64,000 nucleotides of DNA from a virus. The stretch is from the IMG/VR virus record IMGVR_UViG_3300025418_000694, positions 31,818 to 95,817 of that record; one strand, 5' to 3'. The notes beneath the pieces are model-generated. The model ran no database searches, was not told the DNA's origin, and worked only from the letters and a program-made list of their open reading frames with translations. The position numbers were made by a program, and so were the translations under genes. Positions 54,491-63,704 of this stretch are shown one piece after another. Positions within the stretch are counted from its first letter, which is position 1, and every line of letters starts with the position of its first letter.

Positions 54491-55271
54491 ACAAATCGAC
54501 AAGACTAAGTGGGAGAGCGATAGCTTCACCACATGCCTTGCAGGTCTTCTTCACCTCCCCAAGGCGTGGGCCTGGGTTACGGTCAAGAATAGATTCAATA
54601 ATCTTTGTGCGGTCAGACATGCTTAGATTTAATACTGTGCTTGCTCCCATAGAAGGCACATCATTTACTGATAAAACACATCCAGATAGAAGTAAAGTAT
54701 TAATTTCTGCAGAAGTTTTTTCTGCATTTTCTAATAGTTTCTTTTGAGTAAGACCTGTAGGAAGGGTTACTGTTACGTAACCTTTCTTTGTCTCTACTCT
54801 CCAAGTTCTATCTGCTGCAGGGTCATTGAGAGTCTTAGTTGGCACATCAACCTCAAGGTCAATAGAAACGTCTTGAGACTCTGCACAATTACCGCAAACA
54901 ATAGATAAGTCAAGAGTGTCTCCAAAAGTAATACGGCGCACACCTATTAAGATAGCGTCGCGATCACCAGATAGGAGCTTGTCTAAATCCTCAATGGTTG
55001 CATCCCTTGAGCCAATCTTGACAAGACCTCTTTGCAAAAGAACGTTAAGGGCTTTACCAGTAGTTGACGCTTTGGCAATAGCCTCTTCATCAATACCAGT
55101 TAGCTCTCGAACTTCTGCTGTCTTAATGACTTCACCATTTTCTATAAAGCCGCCAGGTAATCTGACTTCTGGCCCTAGAGGAGCCTTGGTCTCAATTACT
55201 TGAGCGGGCTCCTCCATTGCCTGTTGCGCAAACTTATTTACTAAGTCTGCATCTGTAATAACTTGTGTCAC
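54480..55271 (-). CDS. tail assembly chaperone
   Basis: VRELTGIDEE, LLSGDRDAIL, CGNC/CKAC; between tube and tape measure genes. Confidence 0.8.
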   Translation of the reverse strand: MTQVITDADLVNKFAQQAMEEPAQVIETKAPLGPEVRLPGGFIENGEVIKTAEVRELTGIDEEAIAKASTTGKALNVLLQRGLVKIGSRDATIEDLDKLLSGDRDAILIGVRRITFGDTLDLSIVCGNCAESQDVSIDLEVDVPTKTLNDPAADRTWRVETKKGYVTVTLPTGLTQKKLLENAEKTSAEINTLLLSGCVLSVNDVPSMGASTVLNLSMSDRTKIIESILDRNPGPRLGEVKKTCKACGEAIALPLSLVDLFRL

Positions 55272-55296
55272 GTGTAGTTCTCCTAATTAATTAGTC

Positions 55297-55953
55297 TTAG
55301 AGTGTTGCTAGAGGTGTATCTGGGTCTGCTGGGCTTCCGTCTGCCTTGGTGTAGTAAACAGATAGTCCTTCGTGAACCAATTGCATTGTTTCAAAAAGGA
55401 TTGCTCCATTTGTTGCATCCAAGTCGGTATAGTTTAGCCCAGTAATCCACGCATTGTGAATTTTAAAAGCCATTTTGGCTCTATCAGCTGTTGCATTTGT
55501 ATTTGGGTGGTCATTGACTGTCAATGTGATATCTACACGGAAGTTTCCTGGTGTAGATGAGCCATTAAGGCCAGAACCCTGAGCAGCTGAAAACATACCG
55601 CGCATCCACGCGATTGCTTGGTCATTTCCATATAGAACACCACGTGAGAATGTCACTGGTGAGAATGTGGTCATGCCAGGAATCTGGTGAACGGTGGTGT
55701 TGTATCCGCCTTCACGGTACTGGATAGCCTGTGTGTTGATAGACAACCCACTGACGTTTGTAAATCCTCCGACCCAGCCAGTTGAAACTCCACTTGTAGG
55801 TGGTGTTACTGTTCCAGCAGCGTCTTGGATGCGCTTATCAAATGGAGCAGTAGCATCTCCAGCTGATTGCTTAAAGCTAGCAGTAAACCTAAACCCGCGA
55901 AGTGGGTCAGTTGCTAGACTTGAGTTATAGGTAGCTAGTGTTGAACTTGCCAT
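55297..55953 (-). CDS. tail tube protein (gp19-like)
   Basis: DPLRGFRF, GFTNVSGL, YREGG, PG...FSPVTFSRG, LVHEG. Confidence 0.9.
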   Translation of the reverse strand: MASSTLATYNSSLATDPLRGFRFTASFKQSAGDATAPFDKRIQDAAGTVTPPTSGVSTGWVGGFTNVSGLSINTQAIQYREGGYNTTVHQIPGMTTFSPVTFSRGVLYGNDQAIAWMRGMFSAAQGSGLNGSSTPGNFRVDITLTVNDHPNTNATADRAKMAFKIHNAWITGLNYTDLDATNGAILFETMQLVHEGLSVYYTKADGSPADPDTPLATL

Positions 55954-55968
55954 TTTTATTTATCTCCT

Positions 55969-57483
55969 TTACGCCACAGTAACGGTGGTTCCACCGTTGT
56001 ACTGACCGATGTTGATTACTACGAATTCAGCTGGGCGTTGTAGAGCAACTCCAACTTGAATATTTACAATTCCATTATCAATGGAACTTTGTGGGTTGTT
56101 ATCTGCGTCGCACTTAACGAAGTAAGCGTTAGCAGGACTTGTACCTGATAGCCCACCTTGAGACCAGAATGATGTCAAGAATGCGCTGCAGGTTGCGTTA
56201 AGACGAGCCCATAGAAGAGCATCGTTTGGCTCAAATACTGCAAAGCGTGTGATATCACGAAGAACCTTCTCAATGTAGATAAGGCTACGACGGACTGGTA
56301 CGTAACGGTCTACGTATCCACCCTTAAGTGTACGAGCGCCAAATACTACGATTCCAGAACCTGAGATATAACGAATTGCGTTAACTGGTGGGTTGGTGCT
56401 GTTTAGGCTATCCAAATCCGCCATTGATAGTGAAGGAACTGATACAACGCCTGCAAGACGAGCTTGTAGACCAGCTGGTGCCTTAAAGACTCCACGAGAT
56501 GTATCTGTTGCTGCATATAGACCTACTACAGCGGGACCTGCTCCAACAGTCTTAACTGCGCCTGTTGTAGCACCTACAGAAGCTGTTGGGTCAGCAATTG
56601 TAAGTTGTGGGTAGTAAACAGCAGCATATGAAGTTGCTGTATAGGTAGCTGCAAGTGATAGTTGGTTGGCTGCAGTGTCGTTAATTCCATCAATGACTAC
56701 AAAGACATCGTTTGGACGAGTTGCTCCAGTTGCATATGAGATAGCTCCATTGACTGTTGTAGCATCTGTGTATCCTGGGATGTTAAGTACCAAAGATTGT
56801 GGGATGGTGTCATATAGGCTAAGTGAGTTTAGGATATTTGTGCTTGTAACAGCTGAGCCGTCTGAGCCTGTGCTTAGAGCAGAGTTTGTAACTGTTGATG
56901 GGTTACGGGTTGCTCCAGTAGCGGTTGAGCCCATATCTGTTGCTACAAGATATGTTGAGTTGTTATTAATAACTGTTACAGCATATCGAGAATCTGTAGC
57001 TGTCATTGATACGTCGTTCCATTGCTCAACAATGTTTCCAGCAGCAGAGCCAGCATAATAAACTACAACGTTAAAGTAACCAGTAGTTGTAGAGGCAGCA
57101 ATGCTGATATTGATGCTGTTGCCCCAAGCGCCTACGTTTGCTGCTGTTAGCCTCAAAGTAGCGGCAGGGGTACCTGCTCCATCATTAAATGTGCGGGTAG
57201 CGGCTGATGCGCTAGAGCCAGCAACACGAGTTACATAGGCTGTGTTTCCGCCATTAGCAAAGTACATGTACAGAGCAAGTGGAAGGTTGTTAGATTGAGT
57301 TGTGTTCCAAGAACCAAATGCGTTTACATATTGGCTCCAAGAAGTTACCAAAGTAGGTGTTGTTGGTCCGCGGTCATTCGCGCCAACAAAGGCAGCAACA
57401 GTATTTGATGCCGCTCCTGCTAGTGGTTGAATAGGGTTTAGCGTCTCTTGAACGTATACCCCAGGGCGTAGGTAGGTTGCCAT
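55969..57483 (-). CDS. tail sheath protein
   Basis: RPGVYVQE, YFANGG, GVFKAPAG, GARTL, YVPVRR, FEPND, PAEFV. Confidence 0.95.
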   Translation of the reverse strand: MATYLRPGVYVQETLNPIQPLAGAASNTVAAFVGANDRGPTTPTLVTSWSQYVNAFGSWNTTQSNNLPLALYMYFANGGNTAYVTRVAGSSASAATRTFNDGAGTPAATLRLTAANVGAWGNSINISIAASTTTGYFNVVVYYAGSAAGNIVEQWNDVSMTATDSRYAVTVINNNSTYLVATDMGSTATGATRNPSTVTNSALSTGSDGSAVTSTNILNSLSLYDTIPQSLVLNIPGYTDATTVNGAISYATGATRPNDVFVVIDGINDTAANQLSLAATYTATSYAAVYYPQLTIADPTASVGATTGAVKTVGAGPAVVGLYAATDTSRGVFKAPAGLQARLAGVVSVPSLSMADLDSLNSTNPPVNAIRYISGSGIVVFGARTLKGGYVDRYVPVRRSLIYIEKVLRDITRFAVFEPNDALLWARLNATCSAFLTSFWSQGGLSGTSPANAYFVKCDADNNPQSSIDNGIVNIQVGVALQRPAEFVVINIGQYNGGTTVTVA

Positions 57484-57506
57484 TAGATTATCTCCTTATT
57501 ATTTAC

Positions 57507-58148
57507 TTAGTTAACGGATGGTGGTAGAGGTATCATGCCAGACGGGATATACGATGTAGTAGCGTTGATATCGACATACTGAACATTCTTTGTAGCAGTG
57601 GCTGCCTGTGCAGGAGTCATTTCACTGAGTACTCGAATGGACAATACATTTCTCAAAAGACGACGGTTTCCAGTTTCACCTTCAACTGCGTCTCTCTTTA
57701 CAAATCCATCAAGAAACATTGAACGGCTACTGTTCTCAGTACCTAGTTGATTAGGCACGATTAGGTATCCGTATTTTGATGGAAACTTATTTAGTAGTTG
57801 GTACATAAGCGCACGGTCATGGCGCGGATGGCGAGAGTAAGAAGTCACTTGGTAGATAAGGTCATAGGCAACAGGTGTGATGTATGTATATGAGTATCCA
57901 GATACTGGTGTCTGTGTGCCGCGGTTATCGTTATCTACCATGTAACCGTATGTCTGACGTTCATTACCAGGCATGATGTCAATAAGGTCAATTGTGATAA
58001 ATGGAAATGTTTGGTCACGAACTTCCACGTCAGGGTAGCCAAACCAAGCCTTAACTGGTCGACTAGCATTAACGTCATCAGATACTGTGATGCCTGAGAG
58101 CAAATTCTTAAGGGCTAGGTCCTCAGCAATAATAAATGGATTACCCAT
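57507..58148 (-). CDS. tail completion / terminator protein
   Basis: Directly upstream of sheath; FPFITI, YDLIYQV. Confidence 0.65.
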   Translation of the reverse strand: MGNPFIIAEDLALKNLLSGITVSDDVNASRPVKAWFGYPDVEVRDQTFPFITIDLIDIMPGNERQTYGYMVDNDNRGTQTPVSGYSYTYITPVAYDLIYQVTSYSRHPRHDRALMYQLLNKFPSKYGYLIVPNQLGTENSSRSMFLDGFVKRDAVEGETGNRRLLRNVLSIRVLSEMTPAQAATATKNVQYVDINATTSYIPSGMIPLPPSVN

Positions 58149-58486
58149 TACATAATCCCCAATGAGTAAAAGAGCTCTGGAATTATTTGTTCTTCTAAAA
58201 TCTGTTTGATAATAGAAGGGGCTCTATAGATGAATGGGCGGATAACAGCGTTAGGGAGCCCTTGAAAGGCGCCGTATTCCAAGTCTTCAATCTCTTGGCG
58301 CATGCTGTCTGGGTAATTAACAAAGATCTCAAAGTCTTCGTTGAGCTCTACAGATAAACTCAAAATAATGTCTTCAGGCCAGCCAGATTTTTCAGCTAGG
58401 GAGTGAAGTAGATTTGTTAGCGGCTCAATAAGCTCTTTGGCAGCCGAGTCAGAAAGATGCTCTAGGTTATCGTTTTTTAATAACAC
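58148..58486 (-). CDS. neck/structural protein, putative
   Basis: LEYG...P.AVIRP motif. Confidence 0.5.
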   Translation of the reverse strand: MLLKNDNLEHLSDSAAKELIEPLTNLLHSLAEKSGWPEDIILSLSVELNEDFEIFVNYPDSMRQEIEDLEYGAFQGLPNAVIRPFIYRAPSIIKQILEEQIIPELFYSLGIM

Positions 58487-58619
58487 GCTTAACCGCTTTG
58501 CTTATTAGATATCCTGCAGCCACTCCTTGGAGTAACTCTGTTTTGCCAGGGTGAGGGATATTATCGACAATTGCTTGAGCAAATTCGATATCCGACGGTT
58601 TGTCTAGTTTTTCAGACAC
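58467..58619 (-). CDS. small protein (50 aa)
   Basis: Read by hand; AAGGAG RBS; MSEKLDKPSDIEFAQAIV. Confidence 0.55.
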   Translation of the reverse strand: MSEKLDKPSDIEFAQAIVDNIPHPGKTELLQGVAAGYLISKAVKRVIKKR

Positions 58620-58696
58620 GGCAAATCTCCTTTAGGAGGCAAGATACTTCGCAAGGGTGGTGCTTAGTTCCCCGCACGGGAAACTACTATAAGGAT

Positions 58697-58723
58697 AAAC
58701 GAAAGGGCGCCCGTAGGCGCCCT
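58697..58723 (-). terminator. intrinsic terminator
   Basis: AGGGCGCC-TACG-GGCGCCCT-TTCGTTT. Confidence 0.65.
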
Positions 58724-58742
58724 CAAGTCATTTCTATTTTAA

Positions 58743-59353
58743 TTACTTAGACTTCTTCACCTTAGCGGCTAGAGCCTTGTCCATCTTTGCATCAGCCTTG
58801 GCAGATGGCTTCTTAGCATCCATCTTCTTATCAGCCTTTGCGAATGCTGACTTTTGCTTAGGGGTCATGCCCTTCATAACTTTGGCGTCTTGCTTCTTAT
58901 CGGCTTTCTTACCCTTGCCGTATCCGACTTCGCCCTTTTTCTTACCGCAACCACATGACATGCACATTATTTCTTCTCATCTCTCTTGCCCTTAACGGCA
59001 AGTTTAGTCATTTTCTTTTTACCATACTTTTTAATGCCTGCTGCAGCGGCTACCGCGGCAGGATCCTTAGCGCCTGACTTCTTAGCTTCAGATTCAATCT
59101 TCTTGAAACGAGCTCCTGAGCCTAACTTAGCTTTTGCCATCTTTTTTCTCCTTCTTAACTTTCTTAGGTAATTTACCTTTTGGTGTTTCTTTCTGCCATT
59201 GGCGCGCCATCTCTGGGTGGGTAGCGTACATCCACTTTTCTTGGGCTTCAGATTTAAATGGCATTACTTACCTTTTACTTTAATTGAAGCTTTCTTTGTT
59301 GAAGAGGCTGAGACTTTAATGCTCTCGCCTTTTTTAGTTATGCGGATACTCAC
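58743..59353 (-). other. four coupled Lys-rich microproteins (58743-58967, 58967-59140, 59127-59264, 59264-59353)
   Basis: MCMSCGCGKKK..., MAKAKLGSGARFKK..., MPFKSEAQEKW..., MSIRITKKG...; last three read by hand. Confidence 0.6.
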
Positions 59354-59658
59354 GCAGTTGTCACCATTAATGTAGCAACTTTAGGTGAACCTGAAGCAGC
59401 AATTGCGTAGATCTTCTCTGAAGGGCTTAAGCTGTCAAGAGTAATCGAAGCTCCAGCGGCAAGTGAAGCGCCATATGAAGTAGATGTTACGCTTGAAGAT
59501 CCAATATAGACAATGATAGAAGCGTCTGTGTTTTGGATAGAGATAGAGCCGTACTGCCAAGTGTTGCGGGTTTCTGGTCCCACGGTAACTGCAGGATCAT
59601 TGTTAAGTAGTGTAGCTGTTGACGAGTTTAACGTAACAACTGAGTGTGTTAGTGCCAT
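59350..59658 (-). CDS. small beta-rich virion protein, putative
   Basis: SIQNTD...VYIG......YG..L..G...YAIA motif; AAGGAG RBS. Confidence 0.55.
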   Translation of the reverse strand: MALTHSVVTLNSSTATLLNNDPAVTVGPETRNTWQYGSISIQNTDASIIVYIGSSSVTSTSYGASLAAGASITLDSLSPSEKIYAIAASGSPKVATLMVTTA

Positions 59659-59666
59659 GGGTCTCC

Positions 59667-60197
59667 TTAGTTGGCGTACTGAGCAAATTGAGGGTCATTG
59701 ACAAGTTCTTCAGGCATGACCTGAATACAGTCAATGGCTAGCAAAGTATAGCGTTCAGCAACTATACCGCGTTGCTGGGTCAAATATGGGCGATACACTT
59801 CGCCTTTCCATACTACGCGGCTCTTATCTTGCTGGCCGATAGAGTAAATCTGAGATTCAAGAGTTGGGTCAATTTTATTAAGGTCTTCAATGTTAATTGT
59901 AAGGTGGAGCTCATCGGCTTTATAGAAACCAGCCTGAGAAGTCTTAGCGCTACCTTGAGAGATAACGGCGCGCACAATAGGAATGCTATAAGGGCCATAC
60001 CATTTACGGCCACCACCAGAGGCAGATACCCCATCGCCCACATCATAGATAGGGTCAATGTTTGTGTCGGTGATATCAAAGAACCACCATTGAGCAACTG
60101 TGCCTACGGGATTGCGCAACTCAGAGTTAACACCAGATAAGATGTCATTGGTTTCAAAGTCGGAGTTAAACCGACCGCCTTGAGTGTATCCGCGCAT
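59667..60197 (-). CDS. head-tail connector/closure protein, putative
   Basis: DPIYDVG...W...IP; position before tail genes. Confidence 0.5.
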   Translation of the reverse strand: MRGYTQGGRFNSDFETNDILSGVNSELRNPVGTVAQWWFFDITDTNIDPIYDVGDGVSASGGGRKWYGPYSIPIVRAVISQGSAKTSQAGFYKADELHLTINIEDLNKIDPTLESQIYSIGQQDKSRVVWKGEVYRPYLTQQRGIVAERYTLLAIDCIQVMPEELVNDPQFAQYAN

Positions 60198-60211
60198 ACT
60201 TTTATTATCCC

Positions 60212-60652
60212 CTATTTATCTGAATTTGTAAGGTGCTGCGCAGCAGCTTCTGTGCCCGCTTTTCTATATCTAAAAGTCTCCCACAAAGGGGCTGGAATTG
60301 AATGTATACCGTAGAGAGTTCTGTGATGAGCGGTGCAGAGAACCTCTAGATTGCCTGGACTTTCAATCCAATTTTGAAACTCTTCATCGTTCTCAAAGTG
60401 GACTCCAAAAGCGCGCTCAACCTTTGTTGGGTCCATAGAGTTAACCTGTGAAAACTCAATATGGCTGTGGTGAAGCTCAGGGCCTCCAGAGCACAGGTCA
60501 TCATTAATAATGCACTTCCATAGTCCAGCTTTTTTAATTCTAGCTTTAGCCTGATTAAAGAGATGATAATGGGGGTCTGACTCTCTAGGTTCATGCTCAG
60601 GAGTAGATACAACTAAATGTAAGTTTAATTGTTCTTTATGGGCATCGGTCAT
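60212..60652 (-). CDS. HNH-fold protein
   Basis: C.....C...ELHH...NLEVLCTAHH....GIH. Confidence 0.6.
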   Translation of the reverse strand: MTDAHKEQLNLHLVVSTPEHEPRESDPHYHLFNQAKARIKKAGLWKCIINDDLCSGGPELHHSHIEFSQVNSMDPTKVERAFGVHFENDEEFQNWIESPGNLEVLCTAHHRTLYGIHSIPAPLWETFRYRKAGTEAAAQHLTNSDK

Positions 60653-60693
60653 CTACCCATTATCTCTTACTTATATTCTTTTAAAGCCCAAAA

Positions 60694-61392
60694 CTACTTG
60701 TACTCTTTTTTATTCCACCAGAACTTCTTATAGCGGTCAAAGAAGACACGTCCAAATTTACGCATATCAACGTCATATTTTTTTCTTTCTTTCTCCCCAC
60801 CAATTGATGATGTCCAGTCTTCACGCTTGAAAGGAATAATCTGTAGGAATGGAGTACCAGCAGGAATCATGCCCTCAAACTTAGGGTCCCGTAACTTAAG
60901 GAACATATTAAATGGGATTGAGAAGTCATCGCTATCTACAATTCCACTGGCGCAACTAATAGGCGCAGGCTCATGGTGTTGTGGTTCCATAACCATAATT
61001 GACCAACCCTTAGGAGTCTTAATGGACCAAGGTATAACAATTCTTACTGCGTAGTTAATATCGCGTGAGTACGGATGATTTTGAAACTGCTCCATAGATT
61101 GAAAAGCAATAGCCTCATTTGCTCCCCATTGAAAATACGGACCTTCAGGAGTCTGACGAATATAAATATCGTACGGGGTCTCCATAATGTAACCAGCAGT
61201 CATCATGTCCCATAGAGGCATACAGCGCTTAATAGTTGCCATAGGTGAGCCATCTAGAGTTGGCGCCTTCTTACCATCTGGACTTGTATATGCCTTGGCA
61301 TCTTTATACCATTGAGGAATGTACTCAGTAGCAGGTTTTGGCTTTTCTAATACACCCTCTGGATTGTGGATGTCTGTAAAAATAATCTCCAT
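60694..61392 (-). CDS. conserved hypothetical protein
   Basis: P.WYK, TIKRCMP..D.MT.GY, WSIKTPKG, GIVDSD, GTPFLQIIPF. Confidence 0.65.
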   Translation of the reverse strand: MEIIFTDIHNPEGVLEKPKPATEYIPQWYKDAKAYTSPDGKKAPTLDGSPMATIKRCMPLWDMMTAGYIMETPYDIYIRQTPEGPYFQWGANEAIAFQSMEQFQNHPYSRDINYAVRIVIPWSIKTPKGWSIMVMEPQHHEPAPISCASGIVDSDDFSIPFNMFLKLRDPKFEGMIPAGTPFLQIIPFKREDWTSSIGGEKERKKYDVDMRKFGRVFFDRYKKFWWNKKEYK

Positions 61393-61441
61393 CTATCGCT
61401 CCCTTGTTAGGGTGCTAGGCTACCACAGGTTTAAGAAAAGA

Positions 61442-61828
61442 CTATACGTTTTTAGGGACTTCAATCCAAGACACGCTTGGCTCATCCCATTTCCAACGTG
61501 TTGTTTCAGTAGCCTTTGGGCGTGGGGTTGGTGCTTCCCATAGGCAAGTATCCTCATTTAATAACCAAGATGGGTATGGGCTAGGTGGAATAAAAGCATC
61601 ACGAGTTGCATCATAGGTAAAACCAATACCCGCATAATTTTTACGAAACGGTGTGCCTTTATCATTTACTCCACCATACGTATTATATGAAGTTCTTAGA
61701 CATCTTTGTCCTTGAAAATTACCGTACCAAGTTTCAGGGTCAAGCCCATCAATAAGTTCAGTCTCATCTTTGCCTACAATAACTTGTGTAACAATATTGT
61801 TTTCATCAAGAAAAGCATAATGTGCCAT
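61442..61828 (-). CDS. fibre-associated small protein, paralogue of 63288..63704
   Basis: MAHYAFLDENNIV...RKNYAGIG..YD..RDAFIPPSPYPSW. Confidence 0.7.
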   Translation of the reverse strand: MAHYAFLDENNIVTQVIVGKDETELIDGLDPETWYGNFQGQRCLRTSYNTYGGVNDKGTPFRKNYAGIGFTYDATRDAFIPPSPYPSWLLNEDTCLWEAPTPRPKATETTRWKWDEPSVSWIEVPKNV

Positions 61829-63288
61829 TAAAATGTCACCGTACCTGTTCCCGCTGTAAATGTATAAACCTTATTACTGCCAATTGTTGTTGGACCTGAG
61901 TAAGTCAAGCCACCGCTAATGGTTGTAATATTTGCGTAACTGCTTGGGTAGGCAATAATAACAACACCAGAACCGCCCGTGCCGCCTGGGGAAATATTAC
62001 CGCAACCACATTGATCAATCATTCCCCCGCCGCCGCCTCCACCAGTATTAACAGTTCCTGGTTTTCCAAAAGAGCTACCGTAGCCTCCACCAGCACCACC
62101 GCCACCGCTTCCGCCAGTACCGCCAGACACAACTTGCTGGTTTCCGTTTCCAGCACCACCGCCACCGCCGCCAGCATAAGTAGTACTATTTATTGTAAAT
62201 ACTGAGCCGCTTCCGCCAGCACCACCATTTCCACTACCAATAACGCCAACTTTAACGTTATTACCTCCAACGGCTCCTGCGCCGCCTCCACCTGCCCCGC
62301 CATACCAAGTCGTTACACCGTTTCCGCCGTTGTTTCCTTGTCCAGCAGTTCCAGCACCACCACTGTTTGTAGTTCCAGACCCACTACCGCCACCTGAACC
62401 ACCTGAACTACCACCAATGTTTCGTCCACCACCACCACCACCAATAGATGTTATTGATGAAAATACAGATGAACTACCACAACTTTGTCCCATAGGTCCG
62501 CCAGCACCAACAGTTACTGTGTAAGCCGTACCAGGGGTAACGGATAGCGTTGATGTTCTATAACCTCCAGCACCACCACCGCCTTGACCGTGGTAATAAC
62601 CACATACAGGAGTTGAAGAATTGTAAGGGGCACCGCCACCACCTGCAACAACTAGGTAGGTAACAGAAGAGGTTGTAAATGTTGATGTAACAGCGTTAGA
62701 TGCAGAAGATGCAGCAGATGTTCCATTAGCATTTGTAGCGGTAATTGTGTAGGTGTAAGTTCCAGCGACTGTTTCATTAACTGTAATTGGGCTTGAGGAG
62801 CCAGTACCAGTTACTCCAGAAGAAGAAGTTGCCGTGTAAGATGTAATAGTTTTTCCACCAGATGATGCTGGCGCGGTAAAAGGCACAGATACAACTCCAC
62901 TAGTTCCACCAGAAGCAGTTCCAATAGTAGGCGCGCCTGGCACTGTAGTTGCGGTAATAGCGCCTGAAGAAGATGAGTTACTAGAGCTTCCAGTAGCATT
63001 AGTTGCCTTTACTTGGAAGGTATAAGAAGAGGTGCTTGTTAGACCAGTAACAGTTACAGGAGAAGAAGTTCCAGTACCAGTGATTGAGCCAGGGGTAGAT
63101 GTAGCTGTATAAGATGTAGGAGTTCCACCAGTAGCCGCTGGAGTAAATGAGACTGTAGCCGCGCCATTGTTTAAAGCGCGCCCAGTACCAACATCTGTAG
63201 CAGTACCAATAGTAGGAGCATCAGGTACATCTGGAATAACGACGTTAGTTAAATCTACATCTTCTTCACTAGCGTGTCTTACGCTCAT
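61828..63288 (-). CDS. glycine-rich fibre/virion protein with two FN3 domains
   Basis: PDAPTIGTAT...YTFQVKATN x2; LVVAGGGG...GGSGVVIIAY. Confidence 0.8.
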   Translation of the reverse strand: MSVRHASEEDVDLTNVVIPDVPDAPTIGTATDVGTGRALNNGAATVSFTPAATGGTPTSYTATSTPGSITGTGTSSPVTVTGLTSTSSYTFQVKATNATGSSSNSSSSGAITATTVPGAPTIGTASGGTSGVVSVPFTAPASSGGKTITSYTATSSSGVTGTGSSSPITVNETVAGTYTYTITATNANGTSAASSASNAVTSTFTTSSVTYLVVAGGGGAPYNSSTPVCGYYHGQGGGGAGGYRTSTLSVTPGTAYTVTVGAGGPMGQSCGSSSVFSSITSIGGGGGGRNIGGSSGGSGGGSGSGTTNSGGAGTAGQGNNGGNGVTTWYGGAGGGGAGAVGGNNVKVGVIGSGNGGAGGSGSVFTINSTTYAGGGGGGAGNGNQQVVSGGTGGSGGGGAGGGYGSSFGKPGTVNTGGGGGGGMIDQCGCGNISPGGTGGSGVVIIAYPSSYANITTISGGLTYSGPTTIGSNKVYTFTAGTGTVTF

Positions 63289-63704
63289 TATTTACTCACC
63301 TCTGTTTTTGTAAAAGAATCCCAAAACTTAGTATCTTCGTTCCACCTATAGCCAGTAGTTTGTGTTGGCGTAGGGCGGTCTATAGGGGCTTCCCATAGGC
63401 ATGTATCTTCGTCTATAACCCAAGATGGGTATGGGCTAGGAGGAATAAAAGCATCACGTTCGCTATCGTAAGTATGTCCAATACAGGCATAATTTTTACG
63501 TAAAGCAACACCATTATCAGGCTGACCATCTGCTCCATAATGAACACCCCCACGAGTGTTATATGAAGTCTGCTTCCAGTTACCTTCAAAACCTATAGAA
63601 TGAAGAAAAGCAATACCAGTAGCCTCATCAGGAACTTCGTTATTGTGTACAACGTTTATTTCTGTAACAATATTGTTTTCATCAAGTTTAGCAAAATGAG
63701 CCAT
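63288..63704 (-). CDS. fibre-associated small protein
   Basis: MAHFAKLDENNIV...RKNYACIG...RDAFIPPSPYPSW. Confidence 0.7.
   Translation of the reverse strand: MAHFAKLDENNIVTEINVVHNNEVPDEATGIAFLHSIGFEGNWKQTSYNTRGGVHYGADGQPDNGVALRKNYACIGHTYDSERDAFIPPSPYPSWVIDEDTCLWEAPIDRPTPTQTTGYRWNEDTKFWDSFTKTEVSK

Noticed and set aside
44432-58148. Stand-alone extracellular contractile injection system
   Set aside because: Contiguous with a full phage replication module and neck genes, so it is a myophage tail
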